Below are positions 1-7,793 of a DNA stretch of 29,955 nucleotides, in pieces. Source of the DNA: Elainellaceae cyanobacterium (GTDB lineage Bacteria > Cyanobacteriota > Cyanobacteriia > CAZCXK01); assembly GCA_051117555.1 (NCBI GenBank), contig JBNPEG010000076.1:16117-46071 (forward strand). The letters are read 5' to 3'. Position 1 is the stretch's first letter; every line of letters begins with the position of its first letter. Under the pieces are notes generated by a model. It saw only the letters and a list, made by a program, of their open reading frames with translations. It made no database searches and was not told the DNA's origin. The translations under genes and the position numbers were made by a program.

Positions 1-107
1 GAAGTTGAAGAAACAGAAGTTGAGGAAACGGAAACAACGGGGCTCATGGCGATCGCCATCCCGAACCCAATCATCAAAAACAAAAATCGTCGAATGAGTG
101 GCATCAT
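1..107 (-). CDS. N-terminal part of a probable secreted protein that runs off the window edge
   Basis: Minus-strand ATG at 107 reads MMPLIRRFLFLMIGFGMAIAMSPVVSVSSTSVSST with no stop before the edge. It has a basic-hydrophobic signal-peptide pattern followed by a Ser/Thr-rich repeat. Confidence 0.6.
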   Translation of the reverse strand, partial: MMPLIRRFLFLMIGFGMAIAMSPVVSVSSTSVSST

Positions 108-211
108 AACAGACTGTTCTCATAAACGCCGTGCCACACCCATCTCTGCCGGAGATTGTCAATTGTCTACGATACTCACATTGTGAGATAGTCCTTATCC
201 TTACTACCAGG

Positions 212-1147
212 CTAACTCGACTTCACCCGGTCAGAGAATTGTGTCTGTTGGGATGACTCCAGCATCAATCTCAGCCCTAAAATGACCAGTGCCGAACTCA
301 TCAATATCGGCATCGTGATTGGTTGCCGAAAAAATAAGAACGCTAAAATTGCCACAAAAATAGGAACACATCCATAGACAAAACCCGCCGTCTTTGTTGG
401 CCCAATCTCTTTAATGCTTAGATTGTAGAGAAAGTATCCTAACCCGGATGCGCCAATTCCCATGTATAAAATTGACAGTAGCGACGCTGTTGAGACAGCC
501 TGAATCTGTTGAACTGGATGTTCAGTAATAGCTAAACCTAATAATAATAAAACGCCAAATACGGCTGAGTAATAGGTAATTGTAAATCCCGAGTATTTTC
601 GAAAAAGCTGTTTGATAATCAGCGCATACATGATCCAGCTTAGGACTGCAAAGAGCATTAATAAATCACCGATATTTAAATCGAGATGAATCAAATTTTT
701 GATATCCCCTTGGGTCAGCAAGACTAAAACCCCCAGGCAAGACATAATTACGCCTAAATAGTTTTTTAATGTCAGTCTTTCTCGAATAAAAATAGCAGCT
801 AAAAAGCCCGTCAAGATTGGGTTAGTTGCATTGATGATCGCAGTATTCGCAACTGCTGTATGGCGCAAACTCGAAAAAAAGAAATAATGATAGCCAACTA
901 CTCCAAATAGCCCGAGCAACAAAAATCTAACGATATCTCGGCGATCGATTTGTAATACAGAAAATTTATAGCGAATCAAAAAAACACTTAGAAATAGAAG
1001 GGCGATCGCATACCGAAGGAGAGAGGTCGTGAGTGGACCCAAATCTGTAGTTGTATATTTGCCTGCCACAAAACTCCCTGAAAATAAAGCACTCGTGGCG
1101 ATTAAGATCGCTATTTTTTGATACTCAGAGGCAGAGAGCTTAGCCAT
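212..1147 (-). CDS. DMT/EamA family drug-metabolite transporter
   Basis: 311 aa with about 10 TM helices and EamA-like segments (LLRYAIA, AIINATNPI, ERLTLKNYLGV, GDLLMLFAVLSW, IGPTKTAGF). Confidence 0.9.
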   Translation of the reverse strand: MAKLSASEYQKIAILIATSALFSGSFVAGKYTTTDLGPLTTSLLRYAIALLFLSVFLIRYKFSVLQIDRRDIVRFLLLGLFGVVGYHYFFFSSLRHTAVANTAIINATNPILTGFLAAIFIRERLTLKNYLGVIMSCLGVLVLLTQGDIKNLIHLDLNIGDLLMLFAVLSWIMYALIIKQLFRKYSGFTITYYSAVFGVLLLLGLAITEHPVQQIQAVSTASLLSILYMGIGASGLGYFLYNLSIKEIGPTKTAGFVYGCVPIFVAILAFLFFRQPITMPILMSSALVILGLRLMLESSQQTQFSDRVKSS

Positions 1148-1149
1148 AT

Positions 1150-2079
1150 TTAAACCATTAACGTTGGCTGTTTATTGAGTGCCAATCGCAGCATTGAGAG
1201 GGTCAAGATAATCAGAAATAAAACAAGCCCTATGGTACAGGCATAACTCATTTCTAAGTCCTGGAACGCGCTTTCATAGACGTAGTACACAATGGTCTTT
1301 GAGCTATTTCGAGGGCCTCCCTGGGTCATGATATAGACCTCTTCGAAGACCTTGGTTGCAGAAATTGCAGAAATAACGCCGACGAGATACAGATAGGGGC
1401 GCATCAGCGGAATCGTGATATCCCAATGTTTGAGCCAACCATCAGAGCCATCAATGGCAGCCGCTTCATACAGCTCCGCTGGAATGGCTTGCAGCCCTGC
1501 TAGGTAGATCACCATGTAATATCCCAGCCCTTTCCATACCGTCACTGCCATGACGCTAAACAGCGCCCAATTCGGACTCGTGAGCCAAGGAATCCCACCT
1601 TCGACGAGATTGAAGCCTTCCAAAATTTGATTGAGCAAGCCGTTTTCGGCATAGAGCCATCGCCATGCGATCCCAGCGACGACCATGGAAATCACCACGG
1701 GGGTGTAGTATGCTGCACGAAACCATCGGATTCCCGGCAAGATCCGATTGACTAAGATTGCCAGCCCTAACGGACAAATCACCAGAATAGGCACCACTCC
1801 AACTAAGTAAATCACGGTATTCCAGAGGGTTTTCCAAAACACCTCGTCGCTTAGCAGCCGCCGAAAGTTCTCTAGTCCGATCCATACGGGGGGCTGGGTG
1901 ATGTCGAATTCGTATTGAGTAAAGCTGAGATAAAACGCTCGAACTGCGGGTAGAAAAACAGTCAACGTCAGAATCAGCAAAGCGGGCAGCAAAAACAAGT
2001 AGGGGGTGAGTCGAGGAGACCATCGATTCCACCATCGCCTCAACGGGAGCAATCGATTGAATGCGGATTGGTGAGTCAT
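1150..2079 (-). CDS. Carbohydrate ABC transporter permease (MalF/LacF/UgpA type)
   Basis: PYLFLLPA start, GLENF motif, EAA loop (LQAIPAELYEAAAIDGS) and MTQGGP motif. Confidence 0.93.
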   Translation of the reverse strand: MTHQSAFNRLLPLRRWWNRWSPRLTPYLFLLPALLILTLTVFLPAVRAFYLSFTQYEFDITQPPVWIGLENFRRLLSDEVFWKTLWNTVIYLVGVVPILVICPLGLAILVNRILPGIRWFRAAYYTPVVISMVVAGIAWRWLYAENGLLNQILEGFNLVEGGIPWLTSPNWALFSVMAVTVWKGLGYYMVIYLAGLQAIPAELYEAAAIDGSDGWLKHWDITIPLMRPYLYLVGVISAISATKVFEEVYIMTQGGPRNSSKTIVYYVYESAFQDLEMSYACTIGLVLFLIILTLSMLRLALNKQPTLMV

Positions 2080-2114
2080 GAGGCATTCACAATAGCGCGA
2101 GTCAGGGCTAGCTC

Positions 2115-2217
2115 ATACCCATTCTCGATTTTGGATTTGCAATTTTGGATTGACGGCCAACAGCCTTGCAAGGGGTCTGGCCTGTTCATTTGTAGCCTTA
2201 CTTTGAAGAATTGGTAT
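2115..2217. mobile_element. 103-bp MITE-like element, family A, copy 1
   Basis: Near-identical to 7393-7495. Terminal inverted repeats ATACC(C/A)ATTCT...AGAATTGGTAT. Non-coding. Confidence 0.75.
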
Positions 2218-2267
2218 CCATACATTCAGCCAACTTATCACGGTTACAGCTCTCCAGACTCAGATGT

Positions 2268-2337
2268 GTGTAGAACTCCGGAGCCGCCGAGGTTCTACAC
2301 GCATCCGACGTCTTAATGCGAGAGCGTAAGGCCATAG
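2268..2337 (+). repeat. Small dispersed repeat family B, degenerate copy with hairpin
   Basis: A GTGTAGAAC...GTTCTACAC hairpin is followed by ACGTCTTAATGCGAGAGCGTAAGGCCATA. This matches the right end of the copies at 7249-7338, 10856-10912 and 22894-22937. Confidence 0.6.
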
Positions 2338-2440
2338 CAGATGGTTGCTTTACCTGGCTCTGTTAGAGCGATCGCCTGCTCGATTTATTAATTTTCTTGA
2401 ATCAGTCGCCTCGGGGTGCGAAATCTTAGCGTTTACTGTA

Positions 2441-2470
2441 TAGTACGTTTGTATTTAGTACTTATGTATT
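2441..2470 (+). promoter_or_regulatory. Two tandem cyanobacterial LexA-like (SOS) boxes overlapping candidate -10 hexamers
   Basis: AGTACGTTTGTATT (2442-2455) and AGTACTTATGTATT (2457-2470) match the consensus AGTACWNWTGTACT with 2 and 1 mismatches. TATAGT lies at 2439-2444 and TACATT at 2470-2475. Confidence 0.6.
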
Positions 2471-2597
2471 ACATTCTCCGCTGTTGCTTCATGATTTCAG
2501 CTTTCTGATTCAAGCGTCATACGCATTGATGTGGAGTTCATCAATGCGCTGAAATCGTACGTTGCCCACCGACACCGTTCAATCTGGAGGAATCGGC

Positions 2598-2993
2598 ATG
2601 CAGTCCCCGAGTCGACCTACACATCAATCCCCATCTTCTCCAATTCTCTCCTCTCCCCCATCCTCACCACCGTCGTCCCAGTCTTCCCAAACGCATAGAT
2701 CCCGTAGATCTGATTTCCAGAAAATAACTCACGCGTGGATTTATCCCCCTTCGGATTTTGTTTCGGCACTTTGGGATGCGATCGCCTGGTTGGGGGTTGC
2801 CGTTGGGCTTCGACTCATTGCCGACTACACGCTGTCAGTCTTACCAGGGATTTGGGCGATCGTGGCCATCATTTTGGTAACGCCAGCTTTGATTGCGATG
2901 GGGCTATCAACTGTATTTCCCCGCATGAGTTCGATTCTGGTGTATCGAGCGCTGTTGTTCATGTTTGGATTATTAATTGGAGGAAAATTATGA
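2598..2993 (+). CDS. Hypothetical membrane protein (Ser/Pro-rich N-terminus, about 3 TM helices)
   Basis: GGAGG at 2586-2590 precedes ATG 2598. 131 aa with a hydrophobic C-terminal half. Confidence 0.8.
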   Translation: MQSPSRPTHQSPSSPILSSPPSSPPSSQSSQTHRSRRSDFQKITHAWIYPPSDFVSALWDAIAWLGVAVGLRLIADYTLSVLPGIWAIVAIILVTPALIAMGLSTVFPRMSSILVYRALLFMFGLLIGGKL

Positions 2994-3082
2994 CGAGCGT
3001 TTTACTGGGCACAATCTGGTTAGTAGTTGCCTTGTGCTGTTTGGCGTCGATTGGTGGAGGCAATCACGATGAAACCCCGTAG
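2990..3082 (+). CDS. Putative 30-aa single-TM small protein MTSVLLGTIWLVVALCCLASIGGGNHDETP
   Basis: ATGA overlap with the upstream stop, GGAGG (2979-2983) 6 nt before the ATG, one hydrophobic helix. It fills the gap and overlaps the next start. Confidence 0.5.
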   Translation: MTSVLLGTIWLVVALCCLASIGGGNHDETP

Positions 3083-3512
3083 TCCAGGTCGGCAACGCCC
3101 TACCCGTCATCCCTCTCGCCGGACTGCGCGGATCAAGCAAACTCAGCCCCAAAATATGAAATATCTGCTGGCGGGTAGCTCGATGTTGGCAGTTGTAGGA
3201 CTGTTGGTTGACGTAGGAAGTTTGTTTAGATCTACCCCTCCTCAAGATATTTGCGAGGAAATCATCCAGCCGGAATCGGTACTGTCTCGCGATGAGCTGT
3301 CCCAATTGCTGAGCATTCCGGAGCGAGATTCTAGAGAGGCCGTACGCCGCATCATCAGTGCCCCCTATTGCCAGATGCCAAGCATCGAAATCCGCTCAGG
3401 CATTTTGGCAGAGCGAGAGGCATATCCCCTTGAGTTTGACCCTCAAACCTGGTTGGTCATCCTCTATGAAGGCGACGAATATGCCGGATATGCCTTTAGT
3501 TTTCAGCATTAA
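3069..3512 (+). CDS. Hypothetical membrane-anchored protein (basic N-tail, one TM, two-Cys extracytoplasmic domain)
   Basis: GGAGG at 3056-3060 precedes ATG 3069. Arg-rich N-terminus, TM (LLAGSSMLAVVGLLV), then a globular domain ending EREAYPLEFDPQTWLVILYEGDEYAGYAF. Confidence 0.82.
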   Translation: MKPRSPGRQRPTRHPSRRTARIKQTQPQNMKYLLAGSSMLAVVGLLVDVGSLFRSTPPQDICEEIIQPESVLSRDELSQLLSIPERDSREAVRRIISAPYCQMPSIEIRSGILAEREAYPLEFDPQTWLVILYEGDEYAGYAFSFQH

Positions 3513-3542
3513 TTAGCCCGTTAGCAAGACTATTAGAACACC

Positions 3543-4817
3543 ATGAATCACGAATTCAGACATGTGCCCCTATTTGTGATTAGCCTCATGGCCTTGATCG
3601 TAGGATTTGCCCCGGTGGTTCAAGCCGCTGAAGGCGCGAAGGCAGGCGGGCTAGAGCTGAATTTTGACCTCAAGCGCGTCATTGGCGATCGCCTCAGTTC
3701 AGACAAAGATGATGCTGATCGTGCTCAATCCGATATTAAATTGCTGAAGGTTCCTAATCAGGGCATCGAACCGCCCGTTGGTGTTTCGGGTGAGGATGAT
3801 TCAGACGAACTTCCGCCGCCGCCCACAATGAGTGCGATCGCCCCATCACTAGAGTCTCAAGCACCATCCTCTCAACGTTTGCCAAGCAGTCAGGCGAGGG
3901 TACCCAATCCATCTGAGTTACGCAGTGAGGAGAATCAAGATGCTAGCCACTCGACTGCGTCCTCAACCTCCCCCTCATCCGATGGCATTCTCAACTTTAA
4001 TCTAGATCGCGATCCAATTTCTCGATCTAGATCGCCCCAATCGCCAGTCTCGTCTGACGTATCTTCTATTCCAACCGCCTCGTCGCTATCGGCTTCAATA
4101 CGCTTGCCCAGCGAAATCGAAGATCTGTTTCACGGAGGCATCGATTCGTTAGTTGCGCGGGCTGTCGGCAGCGCTGAGGGGACTCGGACACCCGCAGGCG
4201 ATAAAACATCTGCTTACGCGGGGCATGTCGATCCGGGCAACGGTGCCTGGAATATGGGCACCTTCTCCTATCAACACGGCGCTACATCACCTGAAGACGC
4301 CGACGAACGCCAACTAAACCGGTTGCGTACTCAAGCTCAACTGCTCGACCAAAAAGCCAAGCTAGCAGGCATTCCCTTAGATTTGGAAGCCCGTCTAAAC
4401 GGAATTGATTTAGCCAATCAGTCACCAGAAGCAGCCCTCAGCACGGGCGGATACATCGATCGCCTCAAGCAAGCCTACACCATGGGGCTGAGCGGGTCAG
4501 AGGCGATCTTATGGGCACGAACTCGCTCGTATCTTGATCCGGATACGCAGCGGTGGAATGCGCCGGGGCTGGGCAATACGATCGATGGGATTACTGCTGA
4601 CCAAGAGCGACGACAACGGGCGATCGCCCGTGCCATTGAGGCAGACCCCCCAATCACCGTGAGCGATCGCCCCCTTGAATTTGAAAAAGCGGACGATTTT
4701 GTGGACGATTTTAACGTTGGCGGACAGTCTGGAGCATCGAGCTCAGATCGAAATTCAAATCAGCAGCCAGAATCAGACTCCATCATCGATCAGATTCTTT
4801 CGCTCGATTTATTTTGA
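3543..4817 (+). CDS. Secreted hypothetical protein: signal peptide, Ser/Pro-rich linker, possible lysozyme-like C-terminal domain
   Basis: Signal peptide ending VQA-A, a low-complexity region to about residue 190, then a domain starting ARAVGSAEGTRTPAG...AYAGHVDPGNGAWNMGTFSYQHG. Confidence 0.8.
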   Translation: MNHEFRHVPLFVISLMALIVGFAPVVQAAEGAKAGGLELNFDLKRVIGDRLSSDKDDADRAQSDIKLLKVPNQGIEPPVGVSGEDDSDELPPPPTMSAIAPSLESQAPSSQRLPSSQARVPNPSELRSEENQDASHSTASSTSPSSDGILNFNLDRDPISRSRSPQSPVSSDVSSIPTASSLSASIRLPSEIEDLFHGGIDSLVARAVGSAEGTRTPAGDKTSAYAGHVDPGNGAWNMGTFSYQHGATSPEDADERQLNRLRTQAQLLDQKAKLAGIPLDLEARLNGIDLANQSPEAALSTGGYIDRLKQAYTMGLSGSEAILWARTRSYLDPDTQRWNAPGLGNTIDGITADQERRQRAIARAIEADPPITVSDRPLEFEKADDFVDDFNVGGQSGASSSDRNSNQQPESDSIIDQILSLDLF

Positions 4818-4880
4818 TTTTGTTCCGAAATTCCTTCAGTCGAGGTGTATCTCTTTATTAGTCCCCCCATCCCTGCCAAC

Positions 4881-4907
4881 GAGGAGAAGGTAATTTACCT
4901 TCTCCTC
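4881..4907. terminator. Hairpin between convergent genes (probable terminator)
   Basis: Perfect inverted repeat GAGGAGAAGGTAA-T-TTACCTTCTCCTC between the stops at 4817 (+) and 4914 (-). Confidence 0.65.
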
Positions 4908-4913
4908 AAGGTT

Positions 4914-5207
4914 TTATCGGGTTTGAAAGGGATGAAATTTTTTATAAAGCATGGCTTTAATCGGTTCTCCCTGTTGTAAATGCCGGGTCATAATCGCCTC
5001 CGCTTCCTCGGGATTTAGCTTGTGATACCAAATCTCATCAGGCAAAATCAGCACCATTGGCCCATTGCCACACTGCCCTAGACATCCGCAGGCAACAATG
5101 TCTGTGTTGGGTAGAGAATGATACTCAAATGCTGCCAGAACCTCTTTAGATCCCTGTTTTCGACACGTTTTGTTTTGACAAACTAATACAGTTTGGGTCG
5201 CAACCAA
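4914..5207 (-). CDS. Thioredoxin-like (2Fe-2S) ferredoxin domain protein
   Basis: VLVCQNKTC...GCLGQCGNGPMVLILPDEIWY motif. TTG start with GGAGG upstream. Confidence 0.88.
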   Translation of the reverse strand: MVATQTVLVCQNKTCRKQGSKEVLAAFEYHSLPNTDIVACGCLGQCGNGPMVLILPDEIWYHKLNPEEAEAIMTRHLQQGEPIKAMLYKKFHPFQTR

Positions 5208-5222
5208 GAAAGTCCTCCCTTT

Positions 5223-6206
5223 CTACATGCCGTCTGGCAATAATCCTTTTTGAGCCAGCCAGTCTTGGTTAAAGATTCGAGACTGATACCGGGCACCACT
5301 ATCACACAGCACCGTAACGATCGTGTGTCCGGGACCCATTTCTTTAGCAAGGGCAACCGCTGCGCCTACGTTAATACCCACTGAGCCTCCCATAAACAGC
5401 CCATCCTCATACAGCAACTGATAAATCACCCGGATGGCTTCTTGATCATCAATCTGAATGGCATCATCGATCGGGGCGCCGTCCATATTGGCAGTAATTC
5501 GGCTATTCCCGATTCCTTCGGTGATTGAATTGCCTTCTGTGTTGATTTCACCTGTTTTCACATAGCTGTACAAGCCGCTTCCCATCGGATCTGCCACGAT
5601 AGACTTGACGGTCGGTTTTTTTTCTTTTAGAAACATCGAAACTCCCGCAAAGGTTCCACCTGTGCCCGTTGCAGCAACCCAGGCATCAATCGTTCCGTCG
5701 GTCTGTTCCCAAATTTCATGCCCCGTCGTTTCATAGTGAGCCCGGCGATTTGCTAGATTATCGAACTGGTTTGCCCAAATCGCGTTGTCCATCTCCTCTG
5801 CGATCCGACCTGATAGTTTGACATAGTTATTCGGATCTCGATATGGAACGGCTGGCACAGGGCGCACCTCTGCTCCTAGCGTTCGGAGCATGTCCATTTT
5901 TTCTTGAGACTGGGTTTCTGGGATGATAATCAAACACCGATATCCTTTGGCATTGCAGATATGAGCCAAACCGATTCCGGTATTTCCTGCTGTCCCTTCT
6001 ACGACGGTTCCACCCGGTTTCAGAAGACCTCGTTCTTCAGCATCCTTGATAATGTAAAGCGCGGCTCGATCTTTAACAGAACCGCCCGGATTCAGAAACT
6101 CAGCTTTCCCCAGTATTTCGCAGCCCGTCTCTTTGCTAACGCTATTGAGTCGGATGAGTGGCGTATTGCCAACGGTGCCAACAAACCCGTCTTTGATATC
6201 TACCAT
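5223..6206 (-). CDS. cysK: Cysteine synthase (O-acetylserine sulfhydrylase, PLP-dependent)
   Basis: VGNTPLIRL, KAEFLNPGGSVKDR (PLP lysine), EGTAGNTGIGLA, GTGGT, TEGIG. Confidence 0.92.
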   Translation of the reverse strand: MVDIKDGFVGTVGNTPLIRLNSVSKETGCEILGKAEFLNPGGSVKDRAALYIIKDAEERGLLKPGGTVVEGTAGNTGIGLAHICNAKGYRCLIIIPETQSQEKMDMLRTLGAEVRPVPAVPYRDPNNYVKLSGRIAEEMDNAIWANQFDNLANRRAHYETTGHEIWEQTDGTIDAWVAATGTGGTFAGVSMFLKEKKPTVKSIVADPMGSGLYSYVKTGEINTEGNSITEGIGNSRITANMDGAPIDDAIQIDDQEAIRVIYQLLYEDGLFMGGSVGINVGAAVALAKEMGPGHTIVTVLCDSGARYQSRIFNQDWLAQKGLLPDGM

Positions 6207-6311
6207 GCCGTCTTCCTAAGTGCTTGTCCTGCCAAAATTCTAAAGCGTTGTCTTGACCTAAGGTGCATTTAAAGGTGCATTTACTAGACAAATGAAATTC
6301 GCAAGTTATGC

Positions 6312-6352
6312 AAAAAGCCTGATGGAGCTTAGTAAATCGTCCCATCAGGCTT
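6312..6352 (-). terminator. Rho-independent terminator after the peroxiredoxin gene
   Basis: 11-bp stem AAGCCTGATGG/CCATCAGGCTT running into a T-tract on the minus strand. Confidence 0.7.
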
Positions 6353-6391
6353 ATGCATTGAGGTGTCTGACCTTAACCCTCTGACTTCAAC

Positions 6392-7030
6392 TTACTTGTT
6401 AGGTTGAGGTGTCATGCGCAGATACGACTTCACCTCGGTGTAGCCTTTGGGAAACTTTTGCTTGAGCTCTTCCGGATCTTTGATGGAGGGCACAATGACG
6501 CAGTCGCCTCCATCTTGCCAGTCAGCAGGAGTTGCCACGCTGTGGTTGTCAGTTAGTTGCAGCGAGTCAATTACGCGAAGAATTTCATCAAAGTTACGTC
6601 CGGTGCTTGCAGGATAGGTCAAGTTGAGACGCAGTTTTTTGTTGGGATCAATGACGAATACGGTCCGTACGGTCAAGGTATTGCTGGCGTTGGGGTGAAT
6701 CATGTCGTAGAGGTCAGATACCTTGCGATCGCCATCTGCCAAAATCGGATAGTTTAGCTGGGCGTTCTGAGTCTCCTCAATATCTTTCGTCCAGCCCATA
6801 TGAGATTCGACATCATCCACACTCAGCGCAATGGCTTTAACATTCCGCTTGTCAAATTCGGGCTTCAGCTTTGCGACCGTTCCAAGCTCAGTCGTGCAGA
6901 CGGGGGTGAAGTCAGCGGGGTGAGAAAACAGCACCACCCAGCTATCGCCTGCCCAGTCGTAGAAGCTGATATCACCCATGGACGACTTTTGGGTGAAGTT
7001 GGGGACTGTATCTCCTAATCGAAGTGCCAT
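6392..7030 (-). CDS. 1-Cys peroxiredoxin (Prx6 family)
   Basis: FSHPADFTPVCTTELG active site, YPASTGRNFDEILRVIDSLQL, ATPADW. Confidence 0.96.
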   Translation of the reverse strand: MALRLGDTVPNFTQKSSMGDISFYDWAGDSWVVLFSHPADFTPVCTTELGTVAKLKPEFDKRNVKAIALSVDDVESHMGWTKDIEETQNAQLNYPILADGDRKVSDLYDMIHPNASNTLTVRTVFVIDPNKKLRLNLTYPASTGRNFDEILRVIDSLQLTDNHSVATPADWQDGGDCVIVPSIKDPEELKQKFPKGYTEVKSYLRMTPQPNK

Positions 7031-7248
7031 AACTTAAATTCCTCTCTCTAAGATTTCTGTCAGAAATGAGCGGGACGACTCTCTCCAAACAAGTGTCAAC
7101 CCTATCATGCCATAAACCCCGGTTTTCCGGTCGGAGTTTAGATCTTTATTTAGATTATCGCAAAATCATTAACCCACGAATTGCCTAAAACTCTTGATAT
7201 CAAACCTGTTTAGCCTCGCTTAAGAATGTCCGCGATAGTGCCGGGGTT

Positions 7249-7338
7249 TATAGCCCTACGGGCTTAGGTTTGTATGGTGAGCCGCGGCGCGGGGGCTCAC
7301 CCACGTTCAACGTCCTAACGCGAGAGCATACAGCCATA
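7249..7338 (+). repeat. Small dispersed repeat family B, longest copy (TATAGC...GCCATA ends)
   Basis: TATAGCCCTACGGGCTTAGG..., internal GGTGAGCC...GGCTCACC hairpin, then CACGTTCAACGTCCTAACGCGAGAGCATACAGCCATA. Shared with three other loci. Confidence 0.7.
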
Positions 7339-7392
7339 CATACTTTTATAGTCGCTGGTACTTTTATAGTCGCTGGTACGGTTACCGGCGTA

Positions 7393-7495
7393 ATACCAAT
7401 TCTCGATTTTGGATTTGCGATTTTGGATTGACGGTCATCAGCCTTGCAAGGGTTCTAGCCTGTTCATCTGTAGCCTTACTTTGAAGAATTGGTGT
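7393..7495. mobile_element. 103-bp MITE-like element, family A, copy 2
   Basis: Same length and orientation as 2115-2217 and near-identical. Ends ATACCAATTCT...AGAATTGGTGT. Confidence 0.75.
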
Positions 7496-7793
7496 AAGTC
7501 GGTAGACAAATCAAAACTGTATAGCGTGGCGATCGCCACCCTGCTTTTTTTTACATTTTTGTAACAAGATTGACTGAAGCTAAGACTCAGATCATGAATC
7601 TCGACGACTCAAGAATCCACAGAGAGTCATTTGTGGGATGTTCTGAATCGCTCCATAAAAAGATTTGTTAATCGATTAGTTAGAAATATGAGGTGACGCA
7701 GACTCGCTTCGATGATTTTAGAGAATGGATTCATCGCAATATCTAAACAATTCTATTAAGGTTTAGTTATGTGTCGTGTACTCTAGCGTCTGT

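Noticed and set aside
2068..2316. 82-aa ORF
   Set aside because: It is mostly translated MITE A and family B repeat sequence.
2735..2989. N-terminal part of the 115-aa ORF 2735-3082
   Set aside because: An out-of-frame overlap with the 2598-2993 gene. Only the RBS-led last 30 codons are credible.
2598..4817. Phage holin-endolysin cassette or conjugation genes
   Set aside because: No phage or T4SS genes nearby, and HIP1 content is host-like. A distant origin cannot be excluded without searches.
7550..7575. RpaB HLR1 or NtcA site (TTTACATT...GTAACAAGATTGAC)
   Set aside because: Spacing and half-sites deviate from both consensuses; too weak to call.
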